This document shows, piece after piece, positions 26,436-36,509 of a DNA stretch of 64,000 nucleotides (the stretch's first letter is position 1; every line of letters starts with the position of its first letter). Location: contig JAVJNR010000002.1 in NCBI GenBank assembly GCA_040217195.1, positions 320,001 to 384,000 on the forward strand, read 5' to 3'. Source of the DNA: Leptospiraceae bacterium. Lineage in GTDB: Bacteria; Spirochaetota; Leptospiria; Leptospirales; Leptonemataceae. The notes beneath the pieces are model-generated. The model was given only the letters and a program-made list of their open reading frames with translations. It did not search any database and was not told where the DNA came from. The position numbers and the translations under genes were made by a program.

Positions 26436-26594
26436 TCATCAAAATCAAAGCGCAATTCTTTTCTTGTTTCGTTCCCTGCCGTTGTCAAAAAAGTGATGTA
26501 ACATTGGGAAAAGACCGTTTTTCTAAATGAAAGGACCTTTCATTAGCCAGGGTATGGCTTGAGAATGGAAAGGCCGCAACAGGCGGACCGCTTT

Positions 26595-28145
26595 ATGTCG
26601 CAAAGAATTGAAATCATGGATACTACTCTCCGGGATGGAGAACAGACCGATGGTGTGTCTTTCTCTCCATTCGAGAAATTGCAGATTGCTCGCTACCTTC
26701 TGGAAAAGCTAAATGTTGATAGAATTGAAGTGGCCAGTGCCCGGGTTTCTGCGGGCGAGCAGGAAAGTGTAAAAGCCATTTTCGAGTGGGCCAGAAATAG
26801 AGACCTGGATAAGAGAATCGAGATTCTGGGCTTTGTGGATCACCGAGCAAGTGTGGATTGGATTCAGGGTGCCGGTGGTTCTGTAATCAATCTACTAACG
26901 AAAGGTTCTCAAAAGCATTGCGAACTGCAGCTGGGAAAAACACTGTCCGAGCATATCGCGGACATTGAAAGAACGGTCACCTATGCTGCAGACCAGGGAG
27001 TAATCGTAAACGTTTACCTGGAAGACTGGTCCAATGGATTTCTCCATTCTTCAGATTACGTCCTGGAAATGCTAAGAGCTCTTCGTACCATGCCTATTCA
27101 TCGATTTCTATTTCCTGATACTCTGGGTATCATGTCGCCAGATGAAGTTAAGGCAGGAATCAATCATGCCCTTGAAGCTTACCCTGACCTGGCCATAGAT
27201 TTCCATGGACACAACGATTATGGTCTTGCCACGGCCAATTGTCTGGCTGCTGCACAATGCGGAGTGAAAGGACTTCATGTGGCCGTGAATGGTCTGGGAG
27301 AGAGAGCAGGAAACGCACCTCTGGAGGCTGTGGTTACAGCATTACATGATAAACTGGGAATTCAGACTTCCATCAAAGAAGAAGCCATCACCGACGCTTC
27401 GCGTCTGGTAGAAACGTTCAGCCGAAAACGAATCTCTTCGAATCGACCCATTGTAGGCACGGATGTATTTACACAGACAGCTGGCATTCATGCAGACGGA
27501 GATAAAAAGCATAATCTATATGCGAATCCTATTTTGCCGGAGCGATTTGGCCGGCAGCGTGTCTATGCTCTGGGAAAACTGGCAGGTAAAGCCAGCGTGG
27601 CCAACAACCTGACTTCTCTTGGAATTGAGCTTCCTCCGGAACAGGAAAAGGCATTACTGGAGAAAATCAAGGAACTGGGTGAGCGAAAGGAAACGGTTAC
27701 TGCAGACGATCTGCCATTCTTGATCGAAGATTTATTTGGTGGCATTCAAACCAGGTTTGTGCGAATCACCGATGTCCGAATTCTGACAGAGATACAACAA
27801 TCTCCAAGCGCCGAGATTGCTCTGGAACTGGACGGTAAGGAATATAGAGCATCCTCCACCGGCGATGGAGGATACGATGCATTTATGAATGCTCTGGGCA
27901 AGATCTCTGAAGGAATAGAACTCCAGCTTCCAGAGCTGGTAGACTATGAGGTTCGAATTCCCCCGGGCGGCAAAACCGATGCACTGGTGGAAACGGTAAT
28001 TACCTGGAAAAGTCAGGATGGAGCCAGCGCTTTTCGCACTGTAGGCGTGGACAGCGACCAGATGATTGCAGCTGTGAAGGCAACGGAGAAAATGCTCAAC
28101 CGATTGTTCATTTCCAATCCCACTCTGGTCAGCAAAGGCAATTGA
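26595..28145 (+). CDS. cimA: (R)-citramalate synthase
   Basis: DTTLRDGEQ, YLEDWSNG, HGHNDYG, GERAGN, AGIHADGDKK..YANPILPERFGR and a regulatory domain with GGYDAF. Resembles Leptospira CimA as recalled. Confidence 0.88.
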   Translation: MSQRIEIMDTTLRDGEQTDGVSFSPFEKLQIARYLLEKLNVDRIEVASARVSAGEQESVKAIFEWARNRDLDKRIEILGFVDHRASVDWIQGAGGSVINLLTKGSQKHCELQLGKTLSEHIADIERTVTYAADQGVIVNVYLEDWSNGFLHSSDYVLEMLRALRTMPIHRFLFPDTLGIMSPDEVKAGINHALEAYPDLAIDFHGHNDYGLATANCLAAAQCGVKGLHVAVNGLGERAGNAPLEAVVTALHDKLGIQTSIKEEAITDASRLVETFSRKRISSNRPIVGTDVFTQTAGIHADGDKKHNLYANPILPERFGRQRVYALGKLAGKASVANNLTSLGIELPPEQEKALLEKIKELGERKETVTADDLPFLIEDLFGGIQTRFVRITDVRILTEIQQSPSAEIALELDGKEYRASSTGDGGYDAFMNALGKISEGIELQLPELVDYEVRIPPGGKTDALVETVITWKSQDGASAFRTVGVDSDQMIAAVKATEKMLNRLFISNPTLVSKGN

Positions 28146-28203
28146 TTCGCTGAGGTCATGATTTGACTGCCAGGCTCCTCTGTTCAAATGTGATGCTTTG
28201 AAC

Positions 28204-31200
28204 ATGGCCGGTAAAAAAAAGCAAAATGGGCACCTTGAGCGGATTTTAAATCGAGCGCCGCCTGCCGTTCATACCCGCGCCCGGGATTACCTGGTCCGGG
28301 GCCAGATTGGCATATCCGAAAGAATTCAAAATACCTGGATGGGTTTTGCACGAGGCCAGGATCTGTATGCGCTGACAATCGATCTGTATACTGGAAAGTC
28401 CAGTTGTACCTGTCCAGCTCCCAGACCCTGCAAGCACCTTGTTGCATTTGCTCTACTTCTAAAATCTGAATACGCGACTCCCACAGAGTCAGAATTACTG
28501 CCCGGGGAATTTCTGGAGGACAATCAGGTTAGTGCGAAAGCAGAGGAGTCGGAGGCTCGAGGTTCAGGCTCGTCGGACGTGGCAGGTGCAATAGATTCGC
28601 CTCAAAGCGCATTGTCGCAAAGAAAAAGAAGCAAATCGAAATCCGCCCCGGAAAACAAAACCACCTCCGGAAAAAGCTCCGAAGCTGAAATTGGGGTCAA
28701 AAAGCCTGGAAGCAAATCAGCATGGAAAAGTGAGGCATTCCCAGATGCGATGCCAGGCAGCTACGAACAGGCGGAAGCGCAAATGGGCAACCGTAAGAGA
28801 GGCAGCTTGCCACTATGTCTTGTTCTAAACGAGCAGACGGAAAAGTTAAGACTGGATCCTGGAATGGCCATGGTGGCGGGCAACCTGGAAGATCGGCTGA
28901 TTCCGGAGCATGCAACATTCTGGACTGATCTGAAGAAGAGATATCCGTTTCCCTATCAAATTCCTCTTTCCGAGGTTCGAAACTGGCAGGACCTGGAGGC
29001 TTCTATCCTCCTGAAGGACTTAAACGGCCGAGACCTGGATTATCTGGGAGAATTGAAGGCTCGGCCGGCCCTTCGCGGTTTTAGCAACCGGCTCGATGCT
29101 CGTCGAGTGCTGGTTCCTTTCGTTACAGTTAAAGGTTCTGAGAATTGGCTGAAACCCGGGCAAACCAGCCTGATTGAGCCAGGTAGTGCCAGGCGACAAC
29201 GAAGCTTCTGGCTTATAGATTATTCAGAATTGAATCCGGCTCTGGAGCAGAGAATGCATTCTGTGCTGAGTCCAGAACAGATCATAGAATCTGCCAGTTC
29301 ATTCGCCCAGGGCGGCGTTTCTGGATTGGATGTTTTTCAAAACGTCTATGCCTCCAGGCCACGATTTCGCATCTCACTGGATCATAGCATAGACACTGAC
29401 CTCTGGTTACATGGAGAACTGGATCTGGTCTATGCCAGGTCCGAAGAGGACTTCAACCCGGACTATATGGAAAAGCAGCCTCATGGAAACATTCTACGCC
29501 CGGTGTATAGATCTGAAGTGAAACTGGCAAGCGTATGGGGCTCTTCCGTACTGCCGGGTCTGGAAGAAGTGGAAGCGGTTCGTCCGCCACACTATACACA
29601 CAGCGAAGAAGGCCATTTAATCTGGAGGCAACCCGCAGAAGAACTGGAAGTTTACAGTAGTCTTAAGAGAGTCTTTTCGCCTGTGGACCTGGAGGAATTC
29701 TATCCAGAAGATGCGTCGTTCACTTTGAGTGGGCCGTACCTGTATGAATTTCTGACCGTAATATTACCTCAATTAATCGAAGCCGGAATAATCGTAGAAT
29801 TTAATCGAGAACTTGCCCGTCTTTTCAAACCAGCTCCCAGAGCCAGAATCCGAATTGAAAAGCCTTCTGGAATCGATTGGTTTTCTGGAAAGATCAATCT
29901 ACCAGGTATGAGCCGGGCCGAGCAAGAACAGATATTTACAGCTTACAAAGAGAATCGACCGTATGCGCAAATCAACAAAGGAAATTGGATCAATATTGCA
30001 GAGTCCGGATTAGAGGAATTGGCGGAAACTTTACGAGATCTTGGAATTGAATTAGATTCCGGTGGCAGTATTGCATTACGCCGTTCTCATTGGATGGCTC
30101 TGGAAAGCGAGCTGGCAGAGCAATTACAGACCAGGACAAGATCGAATCAGCTCAAGCAAGGAAGCGCCCATCAATTGAAGTGCAGGCTGGAAAAAGGCTT
30201 CAAAGGCAAATTGAGAAAGTATCAGCGGGAGGGGCTTGAGTATCTCATCAATCTATATAACTGCGGAACGGGAGGTCTGCTGGCCGATGAAATGGGCCTG
30301 GGTAAAACGGTTCAGGCGCTGGCATTCCTTTACACAGTCCTGGAACAAGAGAAGGGTCTCATACTTGTAGTATGTCCTGTGTCTGCGCTGTCGGTATGGG
30401 AGCAGGAAGCCAGGCGATTCTGTCCCGATATTCCAATTACCATCTGGCATGGTTCGCAGCGAAGGCAAAGGACAATCCCTGACTCCGGCCTGTTGATCAG
30501 TACGTTTGCCACAATTCAAAAGGATATAAGTCATATGTCCGAAACCTCTTTTTCAGTAACGATAGTGGATGAGGCGCAGAATGTAAGAAATGCCAGAACT
30601 GAAGCAGCCCGCTCTCTAAGAAAACTGAATACTCGAAGCGTTTTTTGTCTCACCGGCACTCCTATGGAAAACCATTTAATGGATTACTGGTCTCTTCTGG
30701 ATCTTTCGGTTCCCGGACTTCTGGGCACAAGACAATCCTTTGCTCGTCGGTTCGACAGCAATCCGGATCGAATCGAATACCTGCGAAGGCTGACTGCGCC
30801 ATTCATATTGCGAAGAACCAAAGATCAGGTAATTCAAGAGCTTCCAGGAAAAACGGAAATACAATCCTTTTTGCCCATGGAAAGAAAGCAGGCTGCCATA
30901 TATGAATCTGTACGTCAGGAAGCTGTAGAATTTCTTAAGGAAGCCGGTAGCGAATATCTGGTGCGAATGCTGCCTTATTTAATGCGATTGAGGCGAATAG
31001 CCTGCCATCCGCATGTTGCCGACGTAAAGAGTGATCCTCTGGAATCCGGGAAGTTTGCTTATCTAAAGGAACTATTATATGAGATTCATCAGGGAAATTC
31101 TGCTGCATTGATTTTTAGCCAGTTTACGGATGTGCTGGACGTTGCCGGGCGAATGTTGAAATCCATGGACCTGGAATTTTTTCGCATAGATGGTAGCACA

Positions 31201-31557
31201 TCTTCCAGGAATCGGGCCGGTCAGGTGCAGCGATTCCAGGAGGGGGAAAGATCTTTCTTCTTGATCAGTCTTAAAGCCGGGGGCACAGCTCTTACTTTGC
31301 ACCGAGCGGACCGGGTAATTCATCTGGACCCCTGGTGGAATCCCGCAGCCGAGAGTCAGGCCACGGACAGAGCCCATCGAATAGGTCAGAAAAAGCATCT
31401 ATTTGTCTACAAATTGTTCGCAAAGGACACAGTAGAGCAGAGGGTTCTGGAACTTCAGGAAAAGAAGAGAGCATTGTTTAATAGTTTGTTTTCTGAAAGT
31501 CCATCCTCCAGTTCTGGCATTAGCCGTGATGAACTCCTAAGAATTCTGGACGATTGA
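28204..31557 (+). CDS. SWIM zinc finger plus SNF2 family helicase/ATPase
   Basis: CTCPAPRPCKH. LADEMGLGKT, DEAQ, LTGTPMEN, LRRTK, SLKAGG, DPWWNPA..QATDRAHRIGQ. Confidence 0.92.
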   Translation: MAGKKKQNGHLERILNRAPPAVHTRARDYLVRGQIGISERIQNTWMGFARGQDLYALTIDLYTGKSSCTCPAPRPCKHLVAFALLLKSEYATPTESELLPGEFLEDNQVSAKAEESEARGSGSSDVAGAIDSPQSALSQRKRSKSKSAPENKTTSGKSSEAEIGVKKPGSKSAWKSEAFPDAMPGSYEQAEAQMGNRKRGSLPLCLVLNEQTEKLRLDPGMAMVAGNLEDRLIPEHATFWTDLKKRYPFPYQIPLSEVRNWQDLEASILLKDLNGRDLDYLGELKARPALRGFSNRLDARRVLVPFVTVKGSENWLKPGQTSLIEPGSARRQRSFWLIDYSELNPALEQRMHSVLSPEQIIESASSFAQGGVSGLDVFQNVYASRPRFRISLDHSIDTDLWLHGELDLVYARSEEDFNPDYMEKQPHGNILRPVYRSEVKLASVWGSSVLPGLEEVEAVRPPHYTHSEEGHLIWRQPAEELEVYSSLKRVFSPVDLEEFYPEDASFTLSGPYLYEFLTVILPQLIEAGIIVEFNRELARLFKPAPRARIRIEKPSGIDWFSGKINLPGMSRAEQEQIFTAYKENRPYAQINKGNWINIAESGLEELAETLRDLGIELDSGGSIALRRSHWMALESELAEQLQTRTRSNQLKQGSAHQLKCRLEKGFKGKLRKYQREGLEYLINLYNCGTGGLLADEMGLGKTVQALAFLYTVLEQEKGLILVVCPVSALSVWEQEARRFCPDIPITIWHGSQRRQRTIPDSGLLISTFATIQKDISHMSETSFSVTIVDEAQNVRNARTEAARSLRKLNTRSVFCLTGTPMENHLMDYWSLLDLSVPGLLGTRQSFARRFDSNPDRIEYLRRLTAPFILRRTKDQVIQELPGKTEIQSFLPMERKQAAIYESVRQEAVEFLKEAGSEYLVRMLPYLMRLRRIACHPHVADVKSDPLESGKFAYLKELLYEIHQGNSAALIFSQFTDVLDVAGRMLKSMDLEFFRIDGSTSSRNRAGQVQRFQEGERSFFLISLKAGGTALTLHRADRVIHLDPWWNPAAESQATDRAHRIGQKKHLFVYKLFAKDTVEQRVLELQEKKRALFNSLFSESPSSSSGISRDELLRILDD

Positions 31558-31907
31558 GAAGCGTAGTTTAGCCTGGAATTGTTTCATACGCTGCATTCCT
31601 TGAGGCCACTTGATTAGCGAGAATCGATTCCACAAATCGCACGGTAACCTGAGAATTTGTATTTCTTCTCTGGTATTCTTTGCGATGACGAATCGCGTGG
31701 CGCATCCTTCTATTCAGCGTCAATTGAACTAAGAAGATGAGTTCAATTTGCTTTCCCTGATCTAGCTGGTAGCAGGCCCTACTCAATCTTCCAGCGCCGA
31801 TCCAGGATACAGACGCATTTTGTTACAACTACAAGTTGTGGAGCAGTGGTTTAGATAGTTTCTGAATAAGGAAAGGCCTCCGACAGATTCAGCAGAGGCC
31901 CCATCAA

Positions 31908-32357
31908 TTAATTTCCGCACTGAATAGAATCGATTTCGAAGTTGCCTTGAGTACCTTTACCTTTTTCGCCCCAGGTGCCCTTGATTCCGGCCATAGTCTG
32001 CATAGGTACTTCCCATTCGATTTCGCCGGTATACTGATAGTGCCGACCCTGCAATTGTCCCGAGTTGTAGGACTGGTTCACGGAACATTGTCCTTCGGCG
32101 CATTCTCCATTCAAGCTATATGTGCCATAGGAGTCTGAGCCTGATCCCTTAAGTTGAATGGCCCAGAGTCCGCAGCATAAATCCTGTTCTGTGAGGTTCC
32201 ATTGAATTGGACCGCCGCCCTGGGAGGCATCCGTATAGGTCCATTTTCCGCTGTAGGTGCAGCTGATCTTGGGCTCATCGGGCATTTCAGCCTGAATGAA
32301 AACCGGGAAAACCAGAGCAGCGAACGTGGCTGCTAGAATCCATTGATTAACTTTCAT
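31908..32357 (-). CDS. Secreted Cys-rich beta-strand hypothetical protein
   Basis: Signal peptide ending IQA. Six Cys and Gly/aromatic beta-strand pattern. Confidence 0.7.
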   Translation of the reverse strand: MKVNQWILAATFAALVFPVFIQAEMPDEPKISCTYSGKWTYTDASQGGGPIQWNLTEQDLCCGLWAIQLKGSGSDSYGTYSLNGECAEGQCSVNQSYNSGQLQGRHYQYTGEIEWEVPMQTMAGIKGTWGEKGKGTQGNFEIDSIQCGN

Positions 32358-32410
32358 AGTCCACTTTGGACTTCAACCCGGTTGATGGGGATCAGTTTTT
32401 TCTGAAAAAC

Positions 32411-34201
32411 TCAATCCTGTAATGCAACCAGCAAATCGCCTTCATCGGCCTGGGCATGGATCTCTGCTGTATAAATGCTCATTTTGCGACTATCGCGATC
32501 AATCAGAAAGAGTGGAGTCAGCCCATCGGTCTTTTTTATGTCCGCTGGTTTTATATCTGTCCCTACAATTAGCTTTCGAATGTCTGCTCCCTCGGCAAAT
32601 CTGCGCGAAAAGGCCGAGTAGGTCAATGAATGATCGAACAGGCAGCGACCTCGCAATTCTCTGGGTACCTGGTTTTTATCCTTGGTCACCCCCTGATCGC
32701 TGTAAGGAGATATCTGATACACTTCGCCACGTCCGAACAATTCTGTGAAACGAAGCGCGGCCAGGGAATTGACTTCATCGTTGGAAGTCAGGGCCATGAT
32801 CCGTCCGGTGGTGGATAGATCCAGTTGTTCCTGCACTCCTTCGTCCAGAATATTTCCCTGATAGGCAGGCAAATCCAGCATCCTGCATGCAGTTACATGG
32901 TAAGGATTCGTATCGATCATCTGAACACGAATCTTGTTTTCCTGAAGAATTTTTGCCAGCACTCGAGCCCAGTAATGTCCTCCAACAATGATCACTCCTT
33001 GAGGATCCTGGTCGCCTGCAACGCCCAGCAATCTCCCGAGGAATCCGGCGCTAATACCGTACAGTGCTACTGTCCCTACGATTACTGCAAACATCACGGG
33101 AACCATTTCCCGGGCCTGCTCTATGTTATTTTGCTCCAGCTGAATTGCGAAAATAGAAGTAACGGCTGCAGCCACAATACCCCTGGGTGCCATCCAGGAA
33201 AGGAAAAGCTTATCTCTCCAATTTAATGTAGTTCCAATGGTTGATAGAAATACAGTGGCCGGCCGTACGATCAGAATCAAACCGGCCAGAAACAAAAGGG
33301 CCGGTACATTAATCAATTCCATGTCTTCTACTGTGACACGGGCAGCCAGAAGTATGAATAAACTGGAAATCAATACAACTCTAAGAATTTCTTTAAACTC
33401 AATGATGTGGCGAATGGGTACACTCTTTTGATTCGCCAGGGCTGCACCCATAACCGTTACTGCCAGAAGTCCAGATTCTTCCTGTATATGATTGGATATC
33501 GCATAAACAGTAAAAACCATCATTAGAGAGGATGGATTGTGAAGAAAGTCCGGAATCCAGTATCTGCGAAAGAATAGAACTAGAATCCTGGCAGCAATGT
33601 ATCCCAGTCCACCGCCTACAAAAATCGTGGTTAGAATTCCAAGAATGGCAACCTGAACCGGGTCCCCTTTATCGCTTACCAGTAATGCCTCAAAAACCAG
33701 TACAGCCAGTAATGCTCCAATAGGATCGATTACAATCCCTTCCCATTTCAGTATGCTACTGAGCTGCGGGGAGGGACGAATGAATCGAAGTAAAGGAATA
33801 ATAACCGTTGGTCCGGTAACGGTCAGTATTGCACCAAAAAGTGCGCTTAATCTCCAGTCCCAGCCAAGCAACCAGTAGGCCATTAGCGAAGAGGCCACCC
33901 AGGTAATGAATACTCCGATGGTAAGTAGATTTCGCACCGGTTTGCCCACATGAGAGAGCTCCGAACGCTTGAGACTCAGCCCTCCTTCGTAAAGGATCAG
34001 GGCTGTACTCATGGAGACGAATGGAAACAGTACATCTCCCAGTAACTGGTCGGGATTCAGCCAGCCAGCCAATGGGCCGGCCGCGAAGCCGGTTAATAAC
34101 AGAATCAGGATGGAAGGCATTTTCAGCCGCCAGGCAATCCACTGAGCTACAGTGCCCAGAAGGATGACGGCCGCTATGCCTATAATAATGGATTCATTCA
34201 T
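32411..34201 (-). CDS. CPA1/NhaP-type cation:proton antiporter with C-terminal RCK/TrkA-N-like domain
   Basis: Many TM helices, VTGPTV, WEGIVIDPIG, APRGIVAAA. C-terminal GVIIVGG..MIDTN..GNIL..ALTSNDEVN. Confidence 0.9.
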   Translation of the reverse strand: MNESIIIGIAAVILLGTVAQWIAWRLKMPSILILLLTGFAAGPLAGWLNPDQLLGDVLFPFVSMSTALILYEGGLSLKRSELSHVGKPVRNLLTIGVFITWVASSLMAYWLLGWDWRLSALFGAILTVTGPTVIIPLLRFIRPSPQLSSILKWEGIVIDPIGALLAVLVFEALLVSDKGDPVQVAILGILTTIFVGGGLGYIAARILVLFFRRYWIPDFLHNPSSLMMVFTVYAISNHIQEESGLLAVTVMGAALANQKSVPIRHIIEFKEILRVVLISSLFILLAARVTVEDMELINVPALLFLAGLILIVRPATVFLSTIGTTLNWRDKLFLSWMAPRGIVAAAVTSIFAIQLEQNNIEQAREMVPVMFAVIVGTVALYGISAGFLGRLLGVAGDQDPQGVIIVGGHYWARVLAKILQENKIRVQMIDTNPYHVTACRMLDLPAYQGNILDEGVQEQLDLSTTGRIMALTSNDEVNSLAALRFTELFGRGEVYQISPYSDQGVTKDKNQVPRELRGRCLFDHSLTYSAFSRRFAEGADIRKLIVGTDIKPADIKKTDGLTPLFLIDRDSRKMSIYTAEIHAQADEGDLLVALQD

Positions 34202-35040
34202 TTTTGTACCGGTATGGGCAGCTCAATGGAAAAAATGGTGCTATTGGCCGCTGAACGGTACTGAATCAAACGGGAATAAACTATGTCAACAGGGAAAGGT
34301 CCGTACCCTTCCTTTAAGAACAATACTATGCTCCGTAAACCAGCCCCGAAACCGCCTCCCCGGTGGTCCTCGGATTTCTCGTAGAGCTGAACGGCCGCCT
34401 CAAAGGGACTTTTTCCCGCTTCAATCAGGTCTTCTTTAATTTTGTTCAGGTTGTATTCCACTCGCTCACGGTCGATTACAGTGATCGGTGAATTATTGAT
34501 CACATGTAGGATGAATTGATCGCCTTTGGAGCTGCTCTTGATTCTAAGAGTTACATCGATTTTCTTCTTAAACTGTTCGGAAAGTGCAAATGAATTTGTC
34601 TTATGTTTTTCGATAAGCTTTAGAATCGAAGCGGTTAAATCCACGTTATTCAGGCCATACTTTTGTAGCATCTCTGTTTGATTGTGCTGGATTGCGTAAT
34701 CAATATCTTCTCTGAGTTGTTCCTTTTCTGAATCAGGAACATCCTGAGATGCTTTCTGAAATAGAGCACTGTGCAGTATGGCCCAGCGATTGTTCGCCTT
34801 GTTGGCATTATTGACCAGTTCCCCTATGGACCAGAACACCGCTTCGGCCAGAAGTTCTCTAGAAGAAAAGTCCTGGATTCTGGAATCGGGTGTGAAAACG
34901 CTGAAAACCGTATTTCGCAGCAAGGCTTCCTTTCCAGGGATGTAATCCTTTCCTACGGAGATCAATTGATCTCTGGTCTTCAGTTCCTCAACGGGGATAA
35001 TTGCATTCTCTACCACTTTCCATCGTATGCTGCTTTCCAT
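34198..35040 (-). CDS. Hypothetical protein with divergent GHKL/HATPase-like motifs (start 35040 or 35055)
   Basis: IGELVNNANKAN (N-box-like), GGGFGAGL (G2-like), terminal TIFSIELP strand. Stop overlaps the antiporter ATG. Confidence 0.6.
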   Translation of the reverse strand: MESSIRWKVVENAIIPVEELKTRDQLISVGKDYIPGKEALLRNTVFSVFTPDSRIQDFSSRELLAEAVFWSIGELVNNANKANNRWAILHSALFQKASQDVPDSEKEQLREDIDYAIQHNQTEMLQKYGLNNVDLTASILKLIEKHKTNSFALSEQFKKKIDVTLRIKSSSKGDQFILHVINNSPITVIDRERVEYNLNKIKEDLIEAGKSPFEAAVQLYEKSEDHRGGGFGAGLRSIVLFLKEGYGPFPVDIVYSRLIQYRSAANSTIFSIELPIPVQK

Positions 35041-35093
35041 ACAGAGGCGCAACATTTTTTTGACAGTTGAATCCCGTATCCGGATAAGGAAAG

Positions 35094-36431
35094 ATGCCCC
35101 CGTCCCGCCGTAATATTTCGCTTCTGTTACTAATCCTGCTACTGGATTTGATAGGCTTCTCGCTGATCTTTCCACTGGTTCCGGATCTTCTGGAGTTTTA
35201 CTTAAATGGGGCCTCAGCACATTCTCTGGATACCTGGCTTTTGCCCATCACGGATTTTCTTCGATCTCTGTTGCCTGTAGAGAGGCAATCGGAACCGGAG
35301 TTGATTATTCTTCTTGGCGGAGTTCTGGCTTCTATTTACTCCTTTTTGCAGTTTTTATGTTCTCCTCTCTGGGGAAAGCTATCCGACTCCATTGGTCGAC
35401 GTCCTGTGTTGCTTCTAACAAGTAGCGGACTTGCAATTTCCTATCTTCTCTGGGCTATTTCTCAGAGCTTTACTCTATTTCTACTGTCGCGAGTCTTCGG
35501 TGGAATAATGTCTGGAAATATCGGAGTGGCCAGTGCTGCCATGGCAGATCAGAGCAGCCGATCCGGACGAACCGGTGCTATGGGTCTTGTTGGTGCTGCC
35601 TTCGGTGTGGGCTTCATTGTTGGGCCGGTGGTAGGAGGCTCCCTGGCCGGGATTCGCCTGGATCATTGGATGCCGGAATCTGCATTGCTGCATCCATTTA
35701 CAGCCTGCGCTATTGGATCTTTTTTGCTCTCTGCCATAAGTGCTCTGCTCAATATGCTCTTTCTGGAAGAAACCCTGGCTCCAGAAGTGCAAACTGAAAA
35801 GAAGCCCGGGAACCCTTTTCGTTCCATATGGGAGGGATTACATATAGGGGGGCTTCGCAGAGTACTGATTGTGAATTTCTTCTATATCCTGTTGTTTTCC
35901 GGATTTGAATTTTCCGTGACCTTTTTCTATAAACTGGACTTCGGTTTTACCCCTTTTCAGATCGGTATGGTCTTTCTTTATCTGGGCTTGATAATCGCCC
36001 TGGGACAGGGAGGTCTGGTGCGAGTACTGTCGAAGAGAGTTACTGAAAAGAAACTTGCTCTTTCCGGATTGCTGCTTCTGCCCCCGGCTCTGATAGCACT
36101 GTCCAACAGTGCGCCGGTAGTATGGCTATCGCTTCTATGTTTGCTGCCCATCTCTCTGGGATCGGCTCTATTGCAGCCTGCTCTTTCAGGTCTTGCCAGT
36201 TTGCTATCTCCAGCGGAGCGTCAGGGTTTTTCTCTGGGAGTGTTTCGCTCGGCAGGTGCTCTGGCCCGAGCCATCGGCCCTCTGGCTGGAGCCTACCTCT
36301 ACTGGGTTCTGGGAATCCAGGTTGCCTACGGAGTCTTTGCTGCATTGCTTATAGTAACGTTTCTTTATGCATTGTTACTCCAGGATCCCAGGTCCGAGGA
36401 GCCTGCGGTAACTCGAGAAACTGGCAGTTAG
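35094..36431 (+). CDS. MFS transporter, TetA/DHA1-like
   Basis: LDLIGFSLIFP, motif A GKLSDSIGRRPVL, GAAFGVGFIVGP, about 12 TM helices. Confidence 0.9.
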   Translation: MPPSRRNISLLLLILLLDLIGFSLIFPLVPDLLEFYLNGASAHSLDTWLLPITDFLRSLLPVERQSEPELIILLGGVLASIYSFLQFLCSPLWGKLSDSIGRRPVLLLTSSGLAISYLLWAISQSFTLFLLSRVFGGIMSGNIGVASAAMADQSSRSGRTGAMGLVGAAFGVGFIVGPVVGGSLAGIRLDHWMPESALLHPFTACAIGSFLLSAISALLNMLFLEETLAPEVQTEKKPGNPFRSIWEGLHIGGLRRVLIVNFFYILLFSGFEFSVTFFYKLDFGFTPFQIGMVFLYLGLIIALGQGGLVRVLSKRVTEKKLALSGLLLLPPALIALSNSAPVVWLSLLCLLPISLGSALLQPALSGLASLLSPAERQGFSLGVFRSAGALARAIGPLAGAYLYWVLGIQVAYGVFAALLIVTFLYALLLQDPRSEEPAVTRETGS

Positions 36432-36509
36432 AATGACAGAGGTCTGACTAATGCCTATTTACTAAAAGGAATCTGAGCGGTCCTTGATCGTTTCAGATCA
36501 GGAGATACT

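Noticed and set aside
28198..31557. SNF2 helicase as part of a defence island
   Set aside because: Ordinary SWIM-SNF2 architecture with no neighbouring nuclease, methylase or other defence genes.
31568..31786. Possible small minus-strand ORF (MRHAIRHRKEY...)
   Set aside because: Poorly spaced SD and no recognisable motif; cannot be supported without homology data.
34198..35220. Long overlap between the minus-strand 340-aa ORF and the MFS gene
   Set aside because: Resolved by a downstream start at 35040 or 35055. The same reasoning applies to apparent overlaps at 8560-8654, 40059-40237, 48323-48457 and 60964-61182.
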